From Vulcanimicrobiota bacterium (lineage in GTDB: Bacteria; Vulcanimicrobiota; Vulcanimicrobiia; Eremiobacterales; Eremiobacteraceae): a stretch of DNA of 64,000 nucleotides. The position numbers and the translations under genes were made by a program. Every line of letters begins with the position of its first letter. Position 1 is the stretch's first letter. Under the pieces are notes generated by a model. The model ran no database searches. It was given only the letters and a program-made list of their open reading frames with translations, and was not told the DNA's origin. This document shows, piece by piece, positions 20,301 to 29,242 of this stretch. The stretch is from positions 1 through 64,000 of the forward strand of contig CAWDVP010000005.1 of NCBI GenBank assembly GCA_963805945.1, in the 5' to 3' direction.

Positions 20301-20898
20301 ACACGCCGAAATCCGCCCCTGACGATGCGCCGGACGTGCCGAAGCTCACATCGTCGATGAAGGTGCAGCCCTGGCTGATGGGGCCGTAGATATGGATGAA
20401 CGCGATGTCCGCGCTGCCGTGCGAGACGCTGAGCTGCTGCCACGAGCCGCCGACCTGGAACACATTGCTCGAGAGGACTTGGCCGGTCGTCGAAACCGCG
20501 TCGATGGTGATCGGCACCGTGCCGCCGCCGATGTTCTCGGCGAACATGCCGACGCTCTGCGTCGGGCTGACGAACTGCGCCCACGCGTCGTTGCGGTAGA
20601 CCTCGACGCCGCACGCTTCGGGGATGCGCGCGGCATTGCGGCCGGAGTGCGCCTTGGTGGTGCCGGCGGGCATCTGCATGACGACTGCGGTCGTGGCCGG
20701 CATGCCTGGCTGGAGCCCGAACACGATGCCCTTGCTCTGATATTGCGTCGAGAGCCTCACGCCGCTTGTCGGCGTCGTCGCGAGGTCGTCGAAGTTGATG
20801 AGGACCTGGCCGGCCAGCGCGGAACGCGCGAAACCGGCGAGTAGCGCAACCGAGATGATGGACGCGGCGGCAATACTGAAACGGCGCAGGCTCAACAT
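17341..20898 (-). CDS. Large secreted multidomain zinc metallopeptidase-like protein
   Basis: Signal peptide; HEFGHSLGRKH (HExxHxxGxxH) and DFMSYC Met-turn; flanking beta-rich Ig-like domains; GGAGG RBS before ATG 20898. Confidence 0.75.
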   Translation of the reverse strand: MLSLRRFSIAAASIISVALLAGFARSALAGQVLINFDDLATTPTSGVRLSTQYQSKGIVFGLQPGMPATTAVVMQMPAGTTKAHSGRNAARIPEACGVEVYRNDAWAQFVSPTQSVGMFAENIGGGTVPITIDAVSTTGQVLSSNVFQVGGSWQQLSVSHGSADIAFIHIYGPISQGCTFIDDVSFGTSGASSGADFGVFFGGLDVGAAPGNAGTGYIGLTRFGGSNGRIQFSASGLPVGVSASFSPQPATGSSLQSDVVLTINVSSNAPPVTDIPITITGTPLDASAGSAPRSVVIPLTVAGNYSVVAQSIEVTQGVQGLTIPNRVPYNPALGTLAQPLPYGGVLLSAGHKTIARVFVEGVGISTATTPNVALYGYNSNGQLLPGMNPILPDNTGSAPGFANTTTYDVSYAQRVDTSGLPWEFTLPDAWTQGTITLRAVAVPQVQQSFDTPTDAACSTPTCLQLEEVAVSGISFHQSIAIGIAPLIANMTGYLPGPPDVAYASAMNVLPLDITVFPYVDDIEMIDIYNDGKSRTDKASEALGRVVDWDNNHNNHHFGQYTVGIISGIPADSDIGMSDANDDNGDMTISRGRSHSVVNQTRYLTSVAHEFGHSLGRKHASSDCGADPSNGPFESWPVDESVDNGDSGDMDSIGIDVSSQAPRTIKANTNGVASTPVWHDFMSYCAGAFLQGSIAVDSAQVWISAKGWQEIMGTNLSMAPEPPAYDVVALLDPFAVDDVSSRGLARAHNGNGTPPSRSGVRGAVGLMVVHGYVYQGRAVITHVGPAPEGVSQEVGASSSAIRVRFTGAVGQALSETPMVTAQLHVDPGTQRGSAQGVTTFYAVVPGGAASQVQIVQSGKVVASRLRPLHPPTVNILNPRESVTIGVTAASSNAMNAHPRRGGAAGSPRAAGRTLITWASHGEGAESSVSIDMSVDGGASWREIYSGPDKGRANVPSLLFADSAPGHARIRVRINDGFNETAVASGALTTTGGAPYVRIFEPANGRRFRHDALIYLKGTGFDNAPSPLTAKSLTWLVDGRVVGEGPRASVSILRPGPHKIELRARDGRGRISTANVSITSLPVKPMFVQLKPPASLLTTVELVRLSASTTIPATLFVAGKHFSLTRQPQQLEVPVRPGNGPAMIVMRLEANGMTNVSTLVIRRLPPGATPPPLTHPMEPVRTRPTGN

Positions 20899-20963
20899 GT
20901 TCATCCTCCGGCCTGGACCCTTGGCGGCTGCGGGGCGGGTTTCATCCCGCACGCTTGGTCGCC

Positions 20964-22019
20964 TTAAGCGTGCGCCGCTTCGATGATCGTGAAAGGCGAG
21001 CGGGTCTCGACGGTACGCGTCACGCGCAAGCCTGCGGCCGATAGCAAGGTCTTGTACTGGCCGAGCGTGCGCTCGCGACCGCCGGTCAGCACGAGCATCT
21101 CGATGTCGGTGAGCTTGGCAAGCGATAGGGCGTCCGAATCCGGCAAGACCACCTCGATGACGAGCAGCTTCGCGGTGCCGCCCATCGCTCGGCGGCAGTT
21201 CGCCAGGACGGACGATGCTTTGTCGTCCGGCCAGTCATGGAGCACTTGCTTGAGCGCGTACGCGTCGCCGCCGTCCGGCACGCTCTCGAAGAAACTGCCG
21301 GCGACGAGGCGGCAGCGCGAGCCTAGCTCTTCGGCGTCGACGATCGGCTGCGCGCGCGCGATCACCTCCGGCAGATCGTAGAGCACGCCGCGTACATCTG
21401 GATACGCGCGCAGCACTGAACGCACCAATTGACCCTCGCCGCCGCCCACGTCGACCAGCGTGCCGAGGCGCGAGAAATCGTAACCTGCGATCGCGGACAG
21501 GTCGCGCGCGTTCGACAGATCCGACATCGCCGCGTTGAACGCAGCCGCCGCGTCCGGATGCCCCGCGAGATAGGTGAATAGCCGCTCACGCGCGGCGCCG
21601 ATCGGCGCGGGCTCGCCTGTCCGGACGCTGCCCTCCAATTCGCCCCACGCCTGCCAATGCCACGGTTCGCCGAGATATGCGGCGAACGCGCGCATCGAGT
21701 TCGGATGATCGCTGCGCAGCAGTTCGCCAAGGCGCGTCAGCCCGAAGCGGCGATCCGGTTGCTCGACGAATACCCTCGCATCGCTGAGCATGCGCAGCAG
21801 CCGGTAGAGCGAGTCCTCGTCGCACTGCGCCGCTTGTGCGAGCTGCCCGACCGCAACGGCGTCTGCGCCGATGCTGTCGGCGATGCGCAGCCGGGCTGCG
21901 ACCGAGATGCCTTGCGAGACCCACGCGCCGGTGAGCAGGTCGCCCATCGCGATCATGCGTCGGATGCCCGGCGGCGCGAAGAAGCGGCGAAACGCCGCTT
22001 TGATCGCTGCGAGGGTCAA
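20964..22019 (-). CDS. SAM-dependent O-methyltransferase (dimerisation + methyltransferase domains)
   Basis: LYRLLR.L, VDVGGGEG, YDLPEV, GSFFESVP, LKQVLHDW, GGRERT; TTG start overlaps upstream TGA. Confidence 0.88.
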   Translation of the reverse strand: MTLAAIKAAFRRFFAPPGIRRMIAMGDLLTGAWVSQGISVAARLRIADSIGADAVAVGQLAQAAQCDEDSLYRLLRMLSDARVFVEQPDRRFGLTRLGELLRSDHPNSMRAFAAYLGEPWHWQAWGELEGSVRTGEPAPIGAARERLFTYLAGHPDAAAAFNAAMSDLSNARDLSAIAGYDFSRLGTLVDVGGGEGQLVRSVLRAYPDVRGVLYDLPEVIARAQPIVDAEELGSRCRLVAGSFFESVPDGGDAYALKQVLHDWPDDKASSVLANCRRAMGGTAKLLVIEVVLPDSDALSLAKLTDIEMLVLTGGRERTLGQYKTLLSAAGLRVTRTVETRSPFTIIEAAHA

Positions 22020-22955
22020 CTGGTGGTTGCGGCAGGCGCAGGCGTTGCGCTGGGCGAGTTCGTCGGGCCCGGCGATGGCGAGGGCAGCGCCGACGCGGCA
22101 GCTGCGGGCGCGGATGGCGCCTCCGTCGGCTCGAGCGTCGGCACCGTGATCGGCTGTTCGGTCGGCACCGGCGTGCGATCGGGCAGCGGTTCGAGGCGCC
22201 GCGGGCGGCGGCTGGCCCGAGAGCAGCGCCGGCCCGAAGACCTCGGCCGAGTTTGAGAGCGTCTGCGCGGTGCGCAGCCCGTCTGCGTACGCGTACTCCG
22301 CATAGCCCCACAGCGCCAAGATGACGATCGCGATCGCAGGCGCCAACACAGGCGCGGACGTGTTGACGACCTCGGTGCCCGCGACGAAGTCGCCGATGCG
22401 CCGCCGGCGCGGCGTGACCACCGCAAGCACGAACCCGACGATGAGCAGGTCGAACGGCAAGAACACGTTGCGGATCAGTGCGCGCGAGATGCCCACCGGC
22501 CCGCCGCCGACCACCGCCACGCGCAGGCCGAACAGCGCTTTGCCGAGCGTCGTGCCAGCGTACGCCTCGGAGAGCACGAGATAGACGATGAGCGCGAACA
22601 GCGTGTAGACGCACGCCTCGAAGAAACCGCCCGACTGGTGCTGATCGTGGCCGTAATGCTCGAGCTCGTAGCCGACGGCGACGCCGATCAGCGCCGTCAC
22701 CCCGATAAGATCGACGAGCAGCGCGAACAGCCTTCGTGCGATGTATTGTCCGATGTCGCCGAACTCGTCGCGTTGCACAGCGGCAGCAGCCGGCGCGGCC
22801 GCCTGCGCCGCTGGCGGCAGGACTTGGGTCGGCTGGACGGCTTCGCTGTGCGGCGGCGGCGCGCTCGTGTCGGGTTTGTCGAGCAGCGCACCGCACGAGC
22901 CGCAAAAAGCCGACGCGTTGACCTGTTCTTTACCGCATTTCGGGCAGATCGCCAC
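22016..22955 (-). CDS. Zinc-ribbon RDD family membrane protein with Pro/Thr tail (frameshift near 22204)
   Basis: CPKCG...FCGSCG; RRLFALLVD; TLGKALFGLRV; RRIGDFVAGT; tail LEPLPDRTPVPT...* in an alternate frame. Confidence 0.8.
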
Positions 22956-22957
22956 GG

Positions 22958-24148
22958 TTATAGCGCTTCGACGACTCCAGCGATGCCCTGCCCGCCGCCG
23001 ATGCACGCGCTCGCCACGCCGAGCTTCTTCTTCTGCCGTCGCAGCTCGTGCAGCAGCGTGTACGTGACGCGTGCGCCGCTCGCGCCGAGCGGATGCCCGA
23101 GCGCGATCGCGCCGCCATTGGGATTGAGCTTGTCGATGTTGAGGTGCAGGGCATGGACGCAGGCGAGCACCTGCGGCGCGAACGCCTCATTGATCTCCAC
23201 GAGTTCGAAATCGTCGACCTTCACGCCGGCGCGCTCCGCCGCTTGCGGGATGGCGAACGCCGGGCCGATGCCCATGATATCGGGATCGACGCCGACCACA
23301 CCCCATGCGACGAGCCGGCCGATCGGCTCCAAGCCGTCTTTCTTCGCCTGCGCCGCGGTGGTGAGCACCACGGCCGACGCGCCGTCGGTGATGCCGCTCG
23401 CGTTGCCGGGCGTCACGATGCCGTCTTTTTTGAAGCGCGCGGGCAGCTTCGCGAGCTGCTCCATGGTCACGCCGGGGCGCGGCCCTTCGTCTTTGTCGAC
23501 GATGGTCGGCCCTTTCTTGCCCGGCACTTGCACGGGCGCGATCTCTTCGGCGAAGTAGCCGTCCTCGATCGCCTTGGCCGCGTTGCGCTGCGAGCGCAGG
23601 CTGAACTGGTCGGCCTCCTCGCGCGTGACCTCGTAACGTTCCGCCAGATTCTCGGCGGTGATCGCCATCGGCGTGTCGTGGTAGCTGTCGGTGAGGCCCT
23701 CCCACAACGAGTCCTCGAGCTTGCCCTGGCCGAGGCCGAGACCCCAGCGCGCGCCGCGGATGACGTGGGGCGACTGGCTCATATTCTCGGTGCCGCCGGC
23801 GAGCACATATTTCGCCTCGCCGAGCAGCAGCGCTTGCGCGCCGGAGATGATCGCCTGCAGGCCCGAACCGCACAGCCGGTTGACGATGAGCGCGGGCGCA
23901 TCCTCGCGGCAGCCGCACTTGAGGCCGATGTGGCGCGCGGCGTAGATCGCGTCGACGCTCGACTGGATGACGTTGCCGAAGAAGATCTGATCGATCTTCT
24001 CAGGCGCGACCTTCGAGCGCTCCATCGCGGCTTTGCTCGCGACGACGCCGAGGTCGATCGCGCTGACGTCCCTGAGCACGCCGCCGAAGTTGCCGAACGG
24101 CGTCCGTGCGCCGTTGACGATGACGATTTCTGGCTTTCCGTTTTGCAT
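22958..24148 (-). CDS. Acetyl-CoA C-acetyltransferase (thiolase)
   Basis: RTPFG, NRLCGSG, NASGITDGA, EINEAFA, NGGAIALGHPLGASG, CIGGGQG. Confidence 0.95.
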   Translation of the reverse strand: MQNGKPEIVIVNGARTPFGNFGGVLRDVSAIDLGVVASKAAMERSKVAPEKIDQIFFGNVIQSSVDAIYAARHIGLKCGCREDAPALIVNRLCGSGLQAIISGAQALLLGEAKYVLAGGTENMSQSPHVIRGARWGLGLGQGKLEDSLWEGLTDSYHDTPMAITAENLAERYEVTREEADQFSLRSQRNAAKAIEDGYFAEEIAPVQVPGKKGPTIVDKDEGPRPGVTMEQLAKLPARFKKDGIVTPGNASGITDGASAVVLTTAAQAKKDGLEPIGRLVAWGVVGVDPDIMGIGPAFAIPQAAERAGVKVDDFELVEINEAFAPQVLACVHALHLNIDKLNPNGGAIALGHPLGASGARVTYTLLHELRRQKKKLGVASACIGGGQGIAGVVEAL

Positions 24149-24262
24149 TGGTCCCTCGATATTTCTGTAGCCGCGTCAGTTTCGCGAAGGCCGCGCGACC
24201 CGCCTTGCGGCCTTCGCTAGACGCCGCAAAAGCAGGCGTGATATACTGCGCGTGGAGAGACG

Positions 24263-24796
24263 ATGCGCGAGATGGTATTGCCGGAGACGAAACCGGCGCT
24301 CGAATGGGTCAACGGCCGGGTGCTCCAAAAGGTGAGCCCGCAGGCCAAACACGCGCTGGCCCAGGGCAGATTCTTTGGAGCCCTCGATGCCTGGGCTGTG
24401 TTGACTGGAAGCGGACGGGCCGGCACCGAATGGGAATGTCGCTTCGTTCAGGCCGGTGAGATCCGCCGTCCTCTTGTACCCGACGTCGCGTATCTGTCGT
24501 ATGCGTGTGTGCCCCATGGCTCAAAGGCGGCGGATATACCCCGCGTCGCGCCGGATGCGGTCGTCGAAATCATCTCGCCCGGCGATAGGAAACGGGATGT
24601 CGACTGGAAAGTCGGCGCCTACCTCGCGGGCGGCACATCCGTCGTGTTTCTCGTCGACACCAAGCTCCAGACGGTGACCATCCTCGACAATGAAGGCTCG
24701 CGAACGATCGCGCGCGATGGGATTGTGACGCACGAGGCCCTGCCGGGTTTTGCCATGCCGGCACGCAGTCTCTTCGAAGAGCCGCCGCCCAAGTGA
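24263..24796 (+). CDS. Uma2 family (PD-(D/E)XK) endonuclease
   Basis: KPALEWVNG, VPDVAY, APDAVVEIISP, K...YL..G...V.LVD, LPGF. Confidence 0.88.
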   Translation: MREMVLPETKPALEWVNGRVLQKVSPQAKHALAQGRFFGALDAWAVLTGSGRAGTEWECRFVQAGEIRRPLVPDVAYLSYACVPHGSKAADIPRVAPDAVVEIISPGDRKRDVDWKVGAYLAGGTSVVFLVDTKLQTVTILDNEGSRTIARDGIVTHEALPGFAMPARSLFEEPPPK

Positions 24797-24826
24797 TCTT
24801 GCGTCAGTAGCGCCGGCGGCTGCCGA

Positions 24827-25903
24827 CTAGGTCTTCGCGAGCGCCTGCTCGAGCGTCTGCGCCACGAGGTCGCCGACCTCGGATGTCTTCAACCCGCTCG
24901 ACGCGTCAAGCGACGCGATGCGCTTGCTCGCGAGCAGCTCGCCGATCGTCTGATCGATGGCGGCGGCGGCGCGCTCTTCGCCCAGATAGTCGAGCATCAT
25001 GCCCACCGCGCCGATCGCCGCGATCGGGCTCACCGCGTTCTTGCCTTTGTACTTGGGCGCCGATCCGTGGATCGGCTCGAACAGCGACACCTGGCCGGGG
25101 TGGATGTTGCCCGACGCCGCTACGCCCATGCCGCCTTGCACCATCGCGCCGAGGTCGGTGAGGATGTCGCCGAACAGATTCGGTGTGACGACGACGTCGA
25201 ACGACTCCGGGTTTTTCACCATCCACATGCACGCCGCGTCGATGTAGGCGAAGTCGTAGGTGATGTCCTGATAGTCGGCCCACACCTCTTCGACCGTGCG
25301 GCGCCAGATCTGCTGCACCTCGATCGCATTTGCTTTGTCGACCAGGGTAAGCTTCTTCTTCTTATCCCGCTTGCGCGCGAGGTCGAACGCATAGCGCACC
25401 GCCCGCTCCACGCCTTTGCGGGTGAAGATCTGATTGGCGATGACCACTTCGTCCGGCGTGCCCTTCTTGAAGTGGCCGCCGATGCCGGTGTACAGGTCTT
25501 CCGTGTTCTCGCGCACCACGACCATCTCGACGTCCTCGGGCCGCTTGCCCTTGATCGGGCAGAGATGCTCCGCGTACAGCTTGATGGGCCGTAGATTGAT
25601 GTAGAGGTCGAGGCCGAAGCGCGTCGCCGCGATGACGCCGCGTTCGACGAGCCCGGGCGGCAGGCGCGGGTCGCCGATCGCGCCGAGCAGGATCGCGTCC
25701 ATGGTCCGGAACTCGTCGAGCTGGCCCTCCGGCATGAACTCGTTCGTCGCGAGATAATGGTCGGCGCCGAACGGATACGATTTCGTGGTGTAGGAGAATC
25801 CGAACAGTTTCGACGCGCGTTCGAGGACCTTGAGGCCCTCGTCGGTCACCTCGGGGCCGACGCCGTCACCGGGGATGACCGCGATGCTGTAGGTCTTCGC
25901 CAT
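24827..25903 (-). CDS. leuB: 3-isopropylmalate dehydrogenase (in frame with upstream leuD)
   Basis: [43 protein letters not shown]. Confidence 0.88.
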   Translation of the reverse strand: MAKTYSIAVIPGDGVGPEVTDEGLKVLERASKLFGFSYTTKSYPFGADHYLATNEFMPEGQLDEFRTMDAILLGAIGDPRLPPGLVERGVIAATRFGLDLYINLRPIKLYAEHLCPIKGKRPEDVEMVVVRENTEDLYTGIGGHFKKGTPDEVVIANQIFTRKGVERAVRYAFDLARKRDKKKKLTLVDKANAIEVQQIWRRTVEEVWADYQDITYDFAYIDAACMWMVKNPESFDVVVTPNLFGDILTDLGAMVQGGMGVAASGNIHPGQVSLFEPIHGSAPKYKGKNAVSPIAAIGAVGMMLDYLGEERAAAAIDQTIGELLASKRIASLDASSGLKTSEVGDLVAQTLEQALAKT

Positions 25904-26416
25904 ATAGCTCTTGGCCGCGTTCTTCTCGATGAGCCGCTGCTCCACGTAACGGAGCAGGCCGCCTTTGGCGATGAGATCCTGCATGAACTTCGGGAACTGC
26001 GTCGCCTTGAAGGTCTTGCCGGTCGTCTCATTCGTGATCGAGCCGTTGTCCGCGTCCACGGTGATCGTGTCGCCGTCGGAGATGCCGTCCACGCCCTCGG
26101 GGCATTCGAAGATCGGCAGTCCGGTGTTGATGCAATTGCGATAGAAGATGCGGGCGAACGACTTCGCCACCACGCCGGACACGCCGGCGCCCTTAAGGGC
26201 GACCGCCGCGACCTCGCGCGATGAGCCGCAGCCGAAGTTCGTGTCGGCGACGATCAGATCGCCCGTTTTGGCCTTCTTGACGAAGTTCGCGTCAAGGTCT
26301 TCAAGCGCGTGCTTGCCCAGCTCGACCGGGTCGATGAGATTGCAATAGCGGCCGGGGATGATGACGTCGGTGTCGACGTTCTTGCCGTACTTGTGGGCTG
26401 TGCCTTTGAGAATCAT
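25904..26416 (-). CDS. leuD: 3-isopropylmalate dehydratase small subunit (no stop before leuB)
   Basis: NVDTDVIIP, NFGCGSSRE, SFARIFYRN.IN.GLP, GGLL. Confidence 0.88.
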
Positions 26417-26610
26417 GCCGTCTTTTTCGCCGCCCCGGGGAGGCGGTCCCGCGCTCGAAGGGTAGCGTAATCACCATCGACGAGGCAAAGGGGCGATGCA
26501 CGATCACTGACGGAGCACCCCGCCCTTACTGCGAGGCGATTACGAGACTGCGGGTTGCGCGCGGACCGTGCCGACCTGGCAAAGTGCTGAAAAGTCGCTC
26601 CGCGAAGACT

Positions 26611-27084
26611 TTAGGGCCTGGGATGGTCGCACGGCTCTTTCATCCACATGTAGGTCCGCAGCCTTTCGAAATGATCGACACTCTCATCCTTCGTAAGCTT
26701 ACCGGTCGTTACCAATCCTTGCGTCATTTGTGCGCTGGCAATGAATACTTGCATCATGCGCCCAGCACATGCCGTACCCGCAGACGACTTTGCCGCTTTA
26801 AACTCCGCGATTGCGTCGGCGTAGTCGGCGGCGGCAGCATCTTGATTTCCGGCCAAAACGTGGGCGGCATACGTTCCCGGTTTTGGATTAAGCGGCGCCG
26901 ACGTCTTCAACGGGCTTGCAAACGTCACAGGCGCCGACGCGTCGGCCGGTTTGGGTGTCTGGCTTGAGCAGGCGGATGGGGCTATCGCGGTTATAGCCAA
27001 GACAAAGCCGAGTAGGGTTAGGCCTCGTGTCCCTACCGAGATGGGCCGGGCTTTGGCGTTACGAACAGGCATCGCGGTTTGCAC
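26611..27084 (-). CDS. Hypothetical exported/lipoprotein-like protein
   Basis: Hydrophobic stretch ending SAC-SS; Pro-rich linker then helical domain; start uncertain. Confidence 0.5.
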   Translation of the reverse strand: MQTAMPVRNAKARPISVGTRGLTLLGFVLAITAIAPSACSSQTPKPADASAPVTFASPLKTSAPLNPKPGTYAAHVLAGNQDAAAADYADAIAEFKAAKSSAGTACAGRMMQVFIASAQMTQGLVTTGKLTKDESVDHFERLRTYMWMKEPCDHPRP

Positions 27085-27554
27085 CCAGGATCAGGCGGGT
27101 TCTTGACCGGTGTCGGTGTGGGTATCGGAGTCGGCGTCGGCGACGCACCGGGAGGGCCGCTTTCCAAACAGAGGGTCATGAGCGGATGAATGTTGCGCGC
27201 GGTGTTGGGCATGGGCCGCCTTAGCCCCGGGGGACAGGCGAAAATCGCGCCAACCAAATAAATCGCAGCGTCCTGCGGAATACCCTTCGCAACTAGGTAG
27301 GTCGAATCGACGGCACCGCCGCCCGCCGTCACGACGCTCCAGGTCGAGGTCGAAGGGGAGTATGACGCGGCTATCTCTCTTCCGGTTTGACCGAGATCGC
27401 AGCTGAGCAGGGCGTAATTGCCATATTGCGCGATGTGCACGACTTGCCCAGTGCAAAGCGCGGCTGCTCCGGTAGGATCCGGAACAGCAACGGCCGGCAT
27501 GGCGATACTGAAAAGAATCACCGCAGCTGTCAGCAAGGCTAAAATCGTCTTCAT
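27033..27554 (-). CDS. Hypothetical secreted Cys-containing protein
   Basis: Clear signal peptide MKTILALL...AVA; starts 4 nt after the upstream stop. Confidence 0.65.
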   Translation of the reverse strand: MKTILALLTAAVILFSIAMPAVAVPDPTGAAALCTGQVVHIAQYGNYALLSCDLGQTGREIAASYSPSTSTWSVVTAGGGAVDSTYLVAKGIPQDAAIYLVGAIFACPPGLRRPMPNTARNIHPLMTLCLESGPPGASPTPTPIPTPTPVKNPPDPGCKPRCLFVTPKPGPSR

Positions 27555-27558
27555 GACG

Positions 27559-28469
27559 TTATGTTCCGGCCGCGGTTACGTGCCAGAAGCCCCCTGGCAA
27601 ATCGTAGCCCGTGTGCCCGGCGTAGTACGCTTCGTAGTTGGCGGGCGAATCCTCCCAGCCGAACACAGCGGGTCCGGCACTTGTCGGGCAACCACCCTCA
27701 TTTGAAATCACGGTGTGGCAGCCGTCATCTTCGCAGATCCCGATGTGGTTTTCACCGCGAATTGGGTCGCCATCCCCCTGAATCCAAATATCACCTTTGA
27801 CTGTGCTGCCTTGCGGCACTTGATAACCGTTCCCGGCAGCGAGCCAGTCTCTGATCGTGGGTACATAGTGGGACCCATTCGCAAGCGGCTTCAGACCAGC
27901 ACCAGCCTGAATTTGTTGAAGCGCCCAAGCGCATGCCTCGCAGCCGTTGCTATCTCCTTTGTCGGTAGGCATCCCCTTGTATATAGTCACCGCGTACGCA
28001 GCCCTAGCCGACGCATCACTTAGCGGCGGCGGAGGCGGGGGCGGGAGGCAAATGCCGTTTGGAGTCACCTGGATTACTATATAGTCGTAGGCGACGTAGC
28101 CGTTTGTTTGATCTATCTGTTCGACCATAGTCGGCGTTTGTGCTCCCGGAGTCGCCAGGCAGGACGCGGAAACCTGGAAGACCGCCGCCTGCAGGCCGAC
28201 CGTTCCGGAGGCGTGACGTAAGCATACAATCCGGTGCCAGGGTTCGGGTTGGTAAACCAGTCGTACGTATCAGCACATGGTTGTGTGCACGCAATCGGTA
28301 AGGGCAACGCACCTACCGATTGCTGCTGGACGCTTAGATATACAAGCTTGGGTTGTACGGTGCCTGGAGACGAAGCGGGAGTGGGGGAAATTGCGGAAAT
28401 CCCGGCAGTGGGAGGCGTTGGGCTCACACTCGAGGCCGCGCAACCGGTGGCCGCAAGAACAACTGCCAT
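27559..28469 (-). CDS. Lipoprotein with C-terminal NlpC/P60/CHAP-like Cys-His domain (frameshift near 28206)
   Basis: LAATGC lipobox; frames join at CCTCCG-GGAACG; C-terminal ACAWAL...GDIWI...HIGIC...VISN. Confidence 0.55.
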
Positions 28470-28640
28470 CGCCGGTAGCAGGTAGCAGACTCTGTTCAAC
28501 TGCTGACGTCCTGTCAATCCAAGCGTTCACGAGCTCGAAAGAGATCGTGGCAATCGCATAGTAGCACTGGACGTACAAGTAACGCAATGGAACATGCGTT
28601 CACCGGCGTTCGGTAGCGAGGGATTTGCCCGGCGAATTAA

Positions 28641-29222
28641 CTATTCGGCAGAGGCTGTCACCCTGACATCGGCGATCACCGGCCCGCACTCGCCGCCGGC
28701 CGGATCTTTGCTCTCGAATTGCAGCGTGGTCTGCGGCTTGATCGCCTTGAACGTCCAGCTCTTGCGCGGCCACGTCTTGTCGCGGACGCCCGTCACGTCG
28801 CTGTTCACCGTATAGTCCATGAATGCGCCCGCGGCGCTCACGCGCATGTGCTTGATCTTGGGCGCACACTCGTTGTTGCCAGCGAGCAGGAAGCTCACGG
28901 TGTACGGGTGTCCGGGCACCGTCGCGAACGACTGCGCGATCGCGCCGATGCCGGGTGTGCCGTCGAGGTCGACGCTGCGCAGGCCGCCGGGCGCGACCCA
29001 GTACGTGCCGATCAAATCGACCGTCTGCTTGGTGACCAGCCATCCGTTGATAGCGAACGAGCCCCTCTCAACGGTGATGAACCCGCCGGGTGACGCCGCC
29101 TCGGAGAAGTCTCCGTCTTTGATGAGATTGCCGGAGGCAGCGCTCGCGGCAATCGCGCCGGCCAGCGCGAGCAGCAACGTCGCACACGCGAGCCACGCCA
29201 TGGTCGATCGTTTACGCATCAT
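28641..29222 (-). CDS. Secreted DUF642 / choice-of-anchor C domain protein
   Basis: Signal peptide; NLI.DGDF, GW.V....VDL, SVDLDG, QSFATVPG..Y.VSF.LAGN, GPVI.DV. Confidence 0.8.
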   Translation of the reverse strand: MMRKRSTMAWLACATLLLALAGAIAASAASGNLIKDGDFSEAASPGGFITVERGSFAINGWLVTKQTVDLIGTYWVAPGGLRSVDLDGTPGIGAIAQSFATVPGHPYTVSFLLAGNNECAPKIKHMRVSAAGAFMDYTVNSDVTGVRDKTWPRKSWTFKAIKPQTTLQFESKDPAGGECGPVIADVRVTASAE

Positions 29223-29242
29223 GTTCCTTTGTATGGAGCCGG

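Noticed and set aside
20964..23006. 680-aa RDD-methyltransferase fusion
   Set aside because: A frameshift near 22204 bypasses the RDD stop at 22016-22018, which overlaps a TTG start of the methyltransferase
26417..26610. Riboswitch, T-box or attenuator upstream of leuD
   Set aside because: Only generic GC hairpins; no T-box motif or Leu-rich leader peptide recognised
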